28,903 bases of DNA, taken from positions 1 through 28,903 of the forward strand of contig JBHLRQ010000033.1 in the NCBI GenBank assembly GCA_048882385.1, in the 5' to 3' direction. Shown piece by piece: positions 17,955 to 26,443 of the stretch (position 1 is the first letter of the stretch; each line of letters begins with the position of its first letter). The notes beneath the pieces are model-generated. The model ran no database searches. It saw only the letters and a program-made list of their open reading frames with translations, and had not been told where the DNA came from. This DNA is from Candidatus Thorarchaeota archaeon (GTDB taxonomy: Archaea; Asgardarchaeota; Thorarchaeia; Thorarchaeales; Thorarchaeaceae). A program made the translations under genes and the position numbers.

Positions 17955-19206
17955 GAAATTCGAGATTCTGAGCAAACTTAGCTTTGAACTCCGAGTTATT
18001 GGTGAGATTTATGTGAGTCACTTCTGATGCTACAAATTCTGCAATCTGTTGGTATTCTTCTAAGTGAAGGAAATCTGCACCCTTTATTGCACCGTCTGGA
18101 ATCTGTTGCACTTTGGCTGATGGCAAGGCAGGGAAGAGACCTATCCTTATTGCAGATTCAAGAGTAAGTCCAGAACCAAACACGCCAGTTAGATTCAGTT
18201 GCTGAATATCTTGAGATGTGATATTCGCATGTTCTAGGAGAAGGTCGAATGCACTGCGTATTGCGGATTTTGATTGTTGCAGCATTCGGATATCCGGTTG
18301 AGTCAAAATAATACTGGACCCGGTAGAAGATTCGTGCGATGTTGCGATGATGTAATGCGAGATAGGCGAATCCATCACTAGCCATTGTGAAGATATTGAC
18401 CTGTTAAAGGACCCTCTTGGGAGAAGAATTTGAGTGTCAAGCATACTAGCTATTGCTGAAACCACTCCCGTGCCGCAAATGCCACTTGGTTTGACATCTC
18501 CAATTACTTTGTATATCGGTCGTGAATCAGGACCATGAATTTCAACAGAGTAGATAGCTCCAATATCACCAGGCATTCCACACTGAATAGACATTCCCTC
18601 GAAGGCAGGACCAGAAGCAGCAGAGGTCACCCACATTTTCCCCTCAGACAATAAAGCAAGTTCAGTATTCGTACCAACATCGATTGAAACAAGAGTGGTT
18701 TCAGAATCAGGAAATCCACTAGTTATCATCATCGCTACAGCATCAGCGCCAACATATGACTCAATTATTGGTGGGGAGTAACAAACAGTATCACTACTTA
18801 ATGGCAATTCAACATCTATTGCGTTTACCTTGATGGCATCTTTCTTTTCAGCCTCATATGGAGGTTTCAATAGCGAATCAGTTGGTAGATCGAAGAAGAG
18901 ATGGTGCATTACTGTATTTCCTACGATCACAATAGACTCGACAGCATCTGCATTGCAATTTGAATCATCCAGTACCGTGAGGATGGCTTTACGGATGGAA
19001 CGACGCACAGTTGATGTAAGGGTGATGGAATTCTTTCTAACTTTAGCAAAACCCAATCTGGATATGATTTCCTCACCAAATTCTCTTTGTGGGTTGGCAA
19101 TACAGAACTCTCGGATTATCTGTGATGTTTCAATATTGATGAGATGACAGGTTATGTTGGTTGTGCCTATGTCGATTGAAATTCCGAGTGATTCACTACT
19201 TGGCAT
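17944..19206 (-). CDS. ASKHA-domain corrinoid reductive activator (RACo/RamA/DUF4445-like) without a ferredoxin domain
   Basis: DIGTT, NPQ..FG.E.ISR, VGNTVMHHL, YVGAD, DVGTNTE, SAASGPAFEG, GICGTG. Start likely the ATG at 19206, 5 nt after the USP stop. Confidence 0.88.
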   Translation of the reverse strand: MPSSESLGISIDIGTTNITCHLINIETSQIIREFCIANPQREFGEEIISRLGFAKVRKNSITLTSTVRRSIRKAILTVLDDSNCNADAVESIVIVGNTVMHHLFFDLPTDSLLKPPYEAEKKDAIKVNAIDVELPLSSDTVCYSPPIIESYVGADAVAMMITSGFPDSETTLVSIDVGTNTELALLSEGKMWVTSAASGPAFEGMSIQCGMPGDIGAIYSVEIHGPDSRPIYKVIGDVKPSGICGTGVVSAIASMLDTQILLPRGSFNRSISSQWLVMDSPISHYIIATSHESSTGSSIILTQPDIRMLQQSKSAIRSAFDLLLEHANITSQDIQQLNLTGVFGSGLTLESAIRIGLFPALPSAKVQQIPDGAIKGADFLHLEEYQQIAEFVASEVTHINLTNNSEFKAKFAQNLEFPSK

Positions 19207-19211
19207 TATAT

Positions 19212-19661
19212 CTACCGCACAATCATAACAGGACAATGAGCATGGCTTGCTACCTTATCACTTATGGATCCGACAAATAATCGTTTAATCCCACTAAGAC
19301 CTCGTGAGCCCAAGATAATGATATCCGCATCACGTTCCTTAGCAATATCAATTATTTTTGCAGCAGGATCTCCATGAGTGATAAGATCTACAACTTCACA
19401 GCCCAAATCACGAGCAATGGTCTTAGCTCGAGAAAGGATATCCTCCCCAACCTTCTGCAACGATAGGAAAGGTTGATCAGAAATAGTATCATGGTAGGGA
19501 GTTGCTGATACTAGCATTGGAACAACATGAAGCAAAACTACCTCTGCATCCAGAGGCCCACTCATTGCACAAGCATATCGAACAGCCTTTAGTGAGTGTT
19601 CAGAACCATCTACTGCCACAAGAATGCTTTTCACTTCAACACGTTCATCCGCACCGTTCAT
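19212..19661 (-). CDS. Universal stress protein (UspA family)
   Basis: ILVAVDGSEHS, GDPA..I, D.IILGSRGLS......GSIS..V...A.CPV.IV. Confidence 0.93.
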   Translation of the reverse strand: MNGADERVEVKSILVAVDGSEHSLKAVRYACAMSGPLDAEVVLLHVVPMLVSATPYHDTISDQPFLSLQKVGEDILSRAKTIARDLGCEVVDLITHGDPAAKIIDIAKERDADIIILGSRGLSGIKRLFVGSISDKVASHAHCPVMIVR

Positions 19662-19850
19662 CAGGCACCCTCTCTGAGTGCCTAGATATGCTACGGACCT
19701 TATCTCTCTTTCTAAGATTCTCTGATGAAATTATAGCTTTAAAGAACCATAAACAGACATGATTACCTAAAATGTGAGAGAATGCTAAACCCACGTATTG
19801 TGAAGCAACGAGTCCATTTGTAGACTATTCAAACAATGCTTGCTTAAAAA

Positions 19851-20012
19851 TCACAGGGATAAATCAGACTTGTTTTCAGCATGTTTAGTGATTTCAAGGT
19901 TACAGGACTTCATCTCTCTGCACCAGTCTTCACATTTCTGAGCCAGTTCCTTTTCCCGGTAGAGAAGATCACACTCTTCACAGAGGTATAGTTCATTTAA
20001 TTTCTTAACCAT
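19851..20012 (-). CDS. 53-aa Cys-rich putative Zn/metal-binding microprotein (absent from ORF track)
   Basis: Hand translation MVKKLNELYLCEECDLLYREKELAQKCEDWCREMKSCNLEITKHAENKSDLSL*. ATG at 20012, TGA at 19851-19853; CxxC, CxxxC, a fifth Cys and a His. Confidence 0.75.
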   Translation of the reverse strand: MVKKLNELYLCEECDLLYREKELAQKCEDWCREMKSCNLEITKHAENKSDLSL

Positions 20013-20132
20013 ACCACAAGACCAATTCTAGTTGCTTTTAGTTTGATGGTTTGTGATTTCTCTGTAGTTGACAATTACGATGATGGGAATTCTCAAATCT
20101 GCAATAAATAATAGGTAAGAAATGTGAATATC

Positions 20133-20468
20133 ATGTCAGCTGAAACATATCCCGATTGCATTAGAAATCTACCAAAAGCAAAGGTTCCATTCCAAGGGGT
20201 TCAAGCGTATATTGCTCAAGGTGCTCAATTTCAGATTGGATTCTTTGAGATTGAACCTATCGGAGTTGTATCACCACATAGCCATGGGGCACAATATGGG
20301 TTTGTCATTGAGGGTGAATTACTTCTGACAATAGGTGATGAAACTAATCTATACACCGAAGGCGATTCATACTACATACCTGAAGGAGTTGTTCACTCAG
20401 CCGAATTCAAGACATTTTGTCGTGTAATGGATTTCTTTGATGAACCTGAGAGGTATGAAACTGAGTAG
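20133..20468 (+). CDS. Cupin domain protein
   Basis: PHSH..Q.G.VIEGE and GDSYYIPEGVVHSA cupin motifs. ATG at 20133 is preferred over GTG at 20124. Confidence 0.88.
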   Translation: MSAETYPDCIRNLPKAKVPFQGVQAYIAQGAQFQIGFFEIEPIGVVSPHSHGAQYGFVIEGELLLTIGDETNLYTEGDSYYIPEGVVHSAEFKTFCRVMDFFDEPERYETE

Positions 20469-20499
20469 GATTCACGAATTGTTGAAGCTCAGCTACTTC

Positions 20500-21246
20500 C
20501 TATATTGCCATTCCTCCATCCACTGATAGACAAGTGCCTGTACAGAACTCAGCAGTTGCTAGATACAAGATACCCTCTGCAATCTCCTCAGGCCGACCAA
20601 AACGTTTGAGGGGTTGGCGTTCGATGAATTGCTTTCTAGCGGCATCTGGGTCAGGGAACTTTGAAAGACGGTCTTTGAGAGAGGGAGTATCAGTAGTACC
20701 CGGACAGATACAATTGACTCGTATTTTGTCCTCCATATAATCAACGGCCATGGCACGGGTGAGTGCTACTAGTGCCCCTTTTGATGCAGTGTAGGCAGCT
20801 CGATCTTTTACGCCCATCAGCGCTACTGCAGATGCTACATGGACTATAACACCCTCTGTCTTTCTCAGATGAGGAATTGCAAAGCGGGAAATGAGATATG
20901 CTCCTCTGAGGTTCACTTCCATTGTTCGATCCCAGTCTTCGGAGCTTGTATTGTCGACTCTTCCTGGAATAACAACACCTGCATTATTCACAAGAATGTC
21001 TAGTTGGTTGTAGCTCTCAATGGTACCTGCGATTAATCTCTGAACGAATCCCTCATTTGAGATATCACCCTTGACAAAAATCGCTCCTTTTTCATTAGAT
21101 TTGATATCATTAACAACATTTAGTCCAGATTCTGCTATATCATTACACACGACATTCGCTCCCTCATTTGCAAATAATTTCGCCGTAGCTTCTCCGATTC
21201 CTGCACCGGCTCCTGTGACAATAGCTGTTTTTCCTTCCAGCTTCAT
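20500..21246 (-). CDS. Short-chain dehydrogenase/reductase (classical SDR, probably NAD-dependent)
   Basis: TGAGAGIG, acidic Asp after beta-2, NNAG, YTASK, IRVN.ICPG, VDGG. Confidence 0.93.
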   Translation of the reverse strand: MKLEGKTAIVTGAGAGIGEATAKLFANEGANVVCNDIAESGLNVVNDIKSNEKGAIFVKGDISNEGFVQRLIAGTIESYNQLDILVNNAGVVIPGRVDNTSSEDWDRTMEVNLRGAYLISRFAIPHLRKTEGVIVHVASAVALMGVKDRAAYTASKGALVALTRAMAVDYMEDKIRVNCICPGTTDTPSLKDRLSKFPDPDAARKQFIERQPLKRFGRPEEIAEGILYLATAEFCTGTCLSVDGGMAI

Positions 21247-21357
21247 TCTCAGTCAGTCCTCACTCTTTCTTTTATCACTACGTGAATCTTCTTTATTCTT
21301 CCTGATAGAGATCTGAGATGTCTAAGTATGGACTACTGAGATTGATTTAGAGTCAGT

Positions 21358-22485
21358 CTATACAAGCTTTGCTAGAAGTGACTCAACAGACTCAATCTTA
21401 ATACTCGACTTTATGCTCTCTGCTCCATCCCGAAGATTTCGTAGACAGAAAGGACAGGCTGTGACAAGAATCGATGCGCCAGTGTTTTCAGCCTCTTGGA
21501 CTCGATTCGCCGCAACTGCTATAGCTTCTTCACCTCTGCCGGATCGGAATCCACCCCCTGCGCCGCAACACTTGGCAAACTTACGATTCCATTCCATCTC
21601 GACAAAGGTAACTCCAAGTATTGACGAAAGTATTTGTCTGGGAGCTTCATAAACCCCGGAATGTCTACTGAGATGACATGGATCATGATATGTTATCACT
21701 GCATCCAGATGATTGGTCCTTAATTTACCTCCTTGGATAATTTCCTGCAGAAGCTCCATTGAATGGGTAAACCTGAGCTTTGGTTTAATATTCAGTAATG
21801 TTTCATAGTCATTAGAAAGCATTCTATAGCAACCAGCGCACGACACCAAGATGTCCTTTGAATCCATATTCTTGAAGAGATTATTTACCTTCTCTGCTTG
21901 TTCACGAGCTTGAAGCTTATCACCCACCCGATATGCTGGAGAGCCACAGCAAATCTGCTCAGCTGGTGTTCTGAAACTGACTCCAGCAGCTCTCAGAATC
22001 TTAAGGAGAGAATCGACCTCATCGCTTTCCCTGTAGATTTGTGTACACCCGAGGAACAGCGTATAATCAGCAGAGCTCAGCTTCGATTCAGGGATTGATT
22101 GTAAGAACATTGCACCTTCAAATGCGTCAGCAGAATATGGATTGCCACTATCGCGGGTTTTTGAGCTAATTTTCATGTACCCTTCAGGAAGAACAATCCC
22201 CTGATCATAAAGGACTGTTTTCATCTCTTGAATAGCTTCACTTTGATTATATCCGCAGGCCACGTCGCAAAGACCACAACTTGTACAAGCAAACACTCGT
22301 TCAGCCAAAGCTTCATCTAGTTCGAGAGTTCCTCTCAATAAATGGTAAAGAATGGTCATCTTTCCTTTTGCTGTATAGCTATCTAATTGTAGTTGACTAT
22401 AAGCAGGACAATTCTCTCGACAAAAACCGCAGCGGACATGCATGCAAGCACGTGCCCAATCTTCATACTTTTCAAGTCGATCCAT
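21358..22485 (-). CDS. Fe-S oxidoreductase subunit with CCG domains (GlcF/HdrD-like)
   Basis: CMHVRCGFCRENC and CTSCGLCDVAC ferredoxin-like motifs; ICCG, CAGC, YHDPCH, KCCGAGGG, ACPFC. TAATG overlap with the upstream gene. Confidence 0.9.
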   Translation of the reverse strand: MDRLEKYEDWARACMHVRCGFCRENCPAYSQLQLDSYTAKGKMTILYHLLRGTLELDEALAERVFACTSCGLCDVACGYNQSEAIQEMKTVLYDQGIVLPEGYMKISSKTRDSGNPYSADAFEGAMFLQSIPESKLSSADYTLFLGCTQIYRESDEVDSLLKILRAAGVSFRTPAEQICCGSPAYRVGDKLQAREQAEKVNNLFKNMDSKDILVSCAGCYRMLSNDYETLLNIKPKLRFTHSMELLQEIIQGGKLRTNHLDAVITYHDPCHLSRHSGVYEAPRQILSSILGVTFVEMEWNRKFAKCCGAGGGFRSGRGEEAIAVAANRVQEAENTGASILVTACPFCLRNLRDGAESIKSSIKIESVESLLAKLV

Positions 22486-23927
22486 TATGTACTAAACCCC
22501 CTGTTTCCTCGATTTAGAATGTTCTTTGGATCTAACAATGATTTCAAGTCAGTAAGAAGTTTCCAAGCAGGACCTAGCTGATCACGCACCCAAGGAGATG
22601 ACCGTAAACCTAGACCGTTAGCATTTGATAAGCTACCACCCATCTCTAGAGCTCTTTTGTACATTCGCTCCTTGAAATGGAACCACTTGTCAATTTCAGC
22701 TTTAATCCGAGTATCAATTGGTACACTGAAATAGATACAGAATGGGATTGGTCCTCTTGGACCTCCTACAACGAAGGCTCCAAAATCAATGTCCACCCAT
22801 CCAAACTCCTTCTTTAGTTCGTCGCAAAAGTCACTGTACTCTTGGAATCGACTGAGGGGTACACAAGCATCCACTAAATCAGGTTCATATTCAGTATGCG
22901 ATAATGCAAAATTGCTCTGGTCAAAGGTGTCCTTTCCAATATTGATAGAATTCCACCAAGATAGTGTGAGATCTTCGGGAAGTCTACTTCCACCATTTTC
23001 CTCCGAACATTTTGCTATGACTTTAAGTGTTGTTTCAACCATTTCAGCGCTACCGGATGCTCCAAAGAGTACAGCCATAGAAACTTCGTCGGGAATTGGT
23101 GTCTTTGCACGTTCCATATACTGGACAAGAGACCTTCGGTCAAACAGGAAGACAGTTTCAGGCCAGCATCCAGCAGCGTGAGTGCTCTTGCATGCTTCAA
23201 TGGCTGATGTGATATCAGGAAAACCGTAGCTTATCCTGTCACGTGTATGAGGTTTGGGATATACCTTGAGCGTTGCTTCAGTGATTATACCCAGAGTACC
23301 CTCAGCACCAAGAAAGAGGTTCAAGAGATTATGTGTTGGTAGGGAGAGATAGCTCTTACCCCCAATCCTGATTATCTGACCAGTGCTCAGAACCACTTCC
23401 AATGCAAGAACTTGGTCATAGACATACCCGTACTTTGCCCCATAGATACTGATGCCCATGCAGCTCAATGCACCCCCAATTGTTGAGGAGAGACTGCTCT
23501 CGGGATGATGGGCAAAGAAAACACCATGGTCAAGAGCGGCATTGAAAATGGCTTCGATTGTGGTTCCAGCTTGAGCCGTAATGGTCAAATTATCTGGATC
23601 AACTTCGAGAACCTGATTCAGTCGCTTCATGTCAAGAACGATACCACGTTCCACTGCAAGAGAATTGCCTGACATGCTTGTACCTCCTCCCCAGGTATAG
23701 ATTGGCACATTCATGTCATTGGCTATCTTGACAACCTCAACGACTTCGTCTGTAGTACCAGGCTTTACAATGATATCGGGTGTGTAATCATCAGCAATCC
23801 CCTCGATTGAGTAGTCTTTTGAGTAGACTAACCTATCACACAACTCACTGCTGACGAATTTTTCACCGACTATTTTTCTGAGCTTTTCCTCAACATTCAG
23901 TAAATCTGACATGGGCATCAAATCCAC
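22485..23927 (-). CDS. FAD-linked oxidoreductase (GlcD/D-lactate dehydrogenase/ADPS superfamily)
   Basis: PDIIVKP, GGGTS, STIGG, GAEGTLGIITEATLK, DPKNILN. True start may be 23918 or 23912. Confidence 0.9.
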   Translation of the reverse strand: MDLMPMSDLLNVEEKLRKIVGEKFVSSELCDRLVYSKDYSIEGIADDYTPDIIVKPGTTDEVVEVVKIANDMNVPIYTWGGGTSMSGNSLAVERGIVLDMKRLNQVLEVDPDNLTITAQAGTTIEAIFNAALDHGVFFAHHPESSLSSTIGGALSCMGISIYGAKYGYVYDQVLALEVVLSTGQIIRIGGKSYLSLPTHNLLNLFLGAEGTLGIITEATLKVYPKPHTRDRISYGFPDITSAIEACKSTHAAGCWPETVFLFDRRSLVQYMERAKTPIPDEVSMAVLFGASGSAEMVETTLKVIAKCSEENGGSRLPEDLTLSWWNSINIGKDTFDQSNFALSHTEYEPDLVDACVPLSRFQEYSDFCDELKKEFGWVDIDFGAFVVGGPRGPIPFCIYFSVPIDTRIKAEIDKWFHFKERMYKRALEMGGSLSNANGLGLRSSPWVRDQLGPAWKLLTDLKSLLDPKNILNRGNRGFST

Positions 23928-23986
23928 TAACGAGTGTTACTATTGTAGAGAGTGGTGCATAATATCTCTACTGTCTTGACTATTAC

Positions 23987-24139
23987 GGCGAAGGTTATGT
24001 TGGGAAGACTAGTTTCCGTCGAAAATACTTAGGACAGGGATTCAGGTTAAATTGTATTCCATCTCTTGGTGTTGATTTTGTGTAACAAACTGTAATGTAC
24101 AATGACAATAAGTCAGAAACAGCAAAACTGCAAAGTTGG
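23987..24139 (+). pseudogene. Decayed Ras/Rab-like small GTPase N-terminal fragment
   Basis: Hand translation GEGYVGKTSFRRKYLGQGFRLNCIPSLGVDFV*QTVMYNDNKSETAKLQSW. G1 P-loop GxxxxGKT/S and switch I P(S/T)xGVDF are present. In-frame TAA at 24083-24085, no in-frame start codon, no DxxG/NKxD. Confidence 0.75.
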
Positions 24140-24379
24140 CTGACCGATTTATTTTCACATAGGGTATCTTGGAATTATATCAGTTTTAAATCGAAATCGT
24201 TCAAAGACTCAATTGCAGAGGGTTGGTAAAATCAAGCCTAATCTGTTCATCTATTTTCCCTTAAGGGAATCTTGGATTATCTCTCTTTCCCAATAACCTC
24301 ATAAACTCACTCGGCTGCAGTGAGTGAAAGAGCCATATTCAATGAAAGTGTACTTGTTATTTATCAAGAGGTATGAAAG

Positions 24380-24739
24380 ATGGACCTCAGTATAATAAAA
24401 TCCGAAGAGGATGTTAAACAGGCGACTCTTCAGATTCCTGGTTACACGGAATTTGATAGTAAGGTCTACGCTGCAACTTTCAGGATTCCAAAGGGTAAGG
24501 TAAGCACCTATGGAAGAATAGCCAAAATGATTGGTAAACCAAAAGCGTACAGAGCAGTAGCCAATTCACTCCATAAGAATCCTCTCTTTCCTGTTGTCGC
24601 ATGTCACCGAGTTGTGAAAGAGGATGGTAGCTTCGGTGGTGAGAGAAAAAGGGCAGAAGGAAGATGCCAGCATTGTGAGGATGAAGGAGTACCCATTGAA
24701 AATGGAAAAGTGAAGATGAGTAAAGATATCATCTTCTGA
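24380..24739 (+). CDS. ogt: O6-alkylguanine-DNA alkyltransferase (MGMT/Ogt) C-terminal domain-only protein
   Basis: IPKGKVSTYG.IA, P.AYRAV, and active-site VACHRVV with the Cys retained. Confidence 0.8.
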   Translation: MDLSIIKSEEDVKQATLQIPGYTEFDSKVYAATFRIPKGKVSTYGRIAKMIGKPKAYRAVANSLHKNPLFPVVACHRVVKEDGSFGGERKRAEGRCQHCEDEGVPIENGKVKMSKDIIF

Positions 24740-26257
24740 CTAAGTAAGAGAACTGAACTGGATCTTTCCTCTAACAAGACTCCGTAATGTTTCAATCAGA
24801 CTATCCCTGTGAACCCTGACTTGCTCCATTGAGTCGCGGTCTCGAACGGTGACAGTACTATTCTCGAGTGTCGTGTAATCAATTGTAACACAGAAAGGTG
24901 TACCAACCTCGTCTTGACGTCTGTACCTCCTCCCGATTGATCCACCCTGGTCAAACTGTGCAACAAAACCCGCATCCACTACATCATCGAAAATCGTTTG
25001 CGCTGGATCTAAGAGCTCAGGTTTGCCCATCAACGGAAAAATAGCAACCTGTATTGGTGCAACCTCAGGAGGGAATTGTAGCCAGTCTGTATCGCGTTCT
25101 TTTGATTCGGAGCGAAATGAATTATCAATAAGACAGAAGAGAGGTCTCTCAATGCCAAATGCAATCTCAAGAACCTCAGGAACTACCGCTTTCTTGTCCA
25201 CCTTGACATGTAATTTTTCTTTGGAGAATTCTTGATGCCGAGAGAGGTCGTAGTTTCCTCGATCGTGAACACCACAACATTCAACCCAACCAAAGCTCTC
25301 AGTGTGAATCTCAATATCCCAAGCGTCGGCTGCGTAGTGAGCTCGTTCAGTGGGAAGGTGCTGACGAAGCCGCATCTTCTCCTCAGAGAAACCCATCTTC
25401 CTGAAGATGTCATATCCAAGAAAAACACACCACGCATAGGCTGGTTTCTTGAAGTAACCCTTCTTGATTGCATCAGACATCCTTGTCATGACTGGCTTGA
25501 AATTGTCTTTGTCCTGTGCTTGATAGGTGACAAGAGGAAGCTTCTCATCCTTGATGTCTTCAAATTGTGGCCAGTCCACTTCATCTTTCTCAAGAAGGAA
25601 GATTTGACCCTCAGTCTGAGTGAACTCTCTCAAACGCAACATACCTTGGCGAGGAGAGATCTCATTTCGGTATGCCTTTCCAATTTGAAACACTAAAACT
25701 GGCAGCTTGTCTCGGAAAAATGTGAGAAATCGTCTAAACAGAAGATACGTTGACGTTGCGGTTTCAGGTCTAAGATAGGCGTCTTGGTCTAGTCCGAGCC
25801 TGGTCTGCATCATAAGATTGTACGTTTCAACTGGGCCCAGTGCTCCCTTGCATGATGGACAGACTAATCCAATCTTATTGATGGTTTCAGTCAACTGCTC
25901 AACTGTCTGACCAGCTATATTCGTGTCTGGAAAATTCTCTTCAATAAGATTGTCAGCTCGATACACCTGGCCACACTTTGTGCACTGAGTCACTGGATCA
26001 ATGAATCCATCAAGATGACCTGAAGCTTTCCAGACCTGGGCTGGGCTCACTGTTGGACACTCAACCTCCCAGAAGCTTGCTCGAACAAACGCAGCACGAA
26101 TCTGATTTTCAAGCCGGTTCTTGAGCAATTTACCTAGGGGACCTAAATCGTAGAATCCAGAGCTCCCTCCATATATCTCAGGTGATGGACCCCAGAAGAA
26201 TCCACGTTTCTTTGCTAGACCTGTTATGATTTCGCTGAAGTCTCGCTCTGAACTCAT
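24740..26257 (-). CDS. glyS: Glycine--tRNA ligase, archaeal/eukaryotic homodimeric type
   Basis: YDLGPLG, WKASGH, YLRPETA, RNEISPRQG.LRLREFTQ.E, GSIGRRYRRQDEVGTPFCVTID. Start likely the ATG at 26257 (MSSERDF). Confidence 0.96.
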   Translation of the reverse strand: MSSERDFSEIITGLAKKRGFFWGPSPEIYGGSSGFYDLGPLGKLLKNRLENQIRAAFVRASFWEVECPTVSPAQVWKASGHLDGFIDPVTQCTKCGQVYRADNLIEENFPDTNIAGQTVEQLTETINKIGLVCPSCKGALGPVETYNLMMQTRLGLDQDAYLRPETATSTYLLFRRFLTFFRDKLPVLVFQIGKAYRNEISPRQGMLRLREFTQTEGQIFLLEKDEVDWPQFEDIKDEKLPLVTYQAQDKDNFKPVMTRMSDAIKKGYFKKPAYAWCVFLGYDIFRKMGFSEEKMRLRQHLPTERAHYAADAWDIEIHTESFGWVECCGVHDRGNYDLSRHQEFSKEKLHVKVDKKAVVPEVLEIAFGIERPLFCLIDNSFRSESKERDTDWLQFPPEVAPIQVAIFPLMGKPELLDPAQTIFDDVVDAGFVAQFDQGGSIGRRYRRQDEVGTPFCVTIDYTTLENSTVTVRDRDSMEQVRVHRDSLIETLRSLVRGKIQFSSLT

Positions 26258-26443
26258 TTGTTTCAACCAATCAGCATGCTTGAATGTATCTGACTTAAAC
26301 GTTCTGTACAATTAGCTGGGTTTGCATTCTCTTGTAAAAGACATAGACGATTACAAGAACGATGACAGAATTTGGACTTAATTGTAGGTGATTGAGCATC
26401 CTTTTTATGGACTGCATCTATTTGATGATGAGAGGGAAAACGT

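Noticed and set aside
19207-19236. N-terminal MSCYDC (CxxC) extension of the ASKHA ORF as a metal site
   Set aside because: It overlaps the usp 3' end. The downstream ATG at 19206 is the more plausible start.
24083-24085. Stop-codon recoding in the GTPase remnant
   Set aside because: The codon is TAA rather than TGA/TAG, TAA is used as a stop elsewhere in the window, and the fragment lacks a start and G3-G5 motifs.
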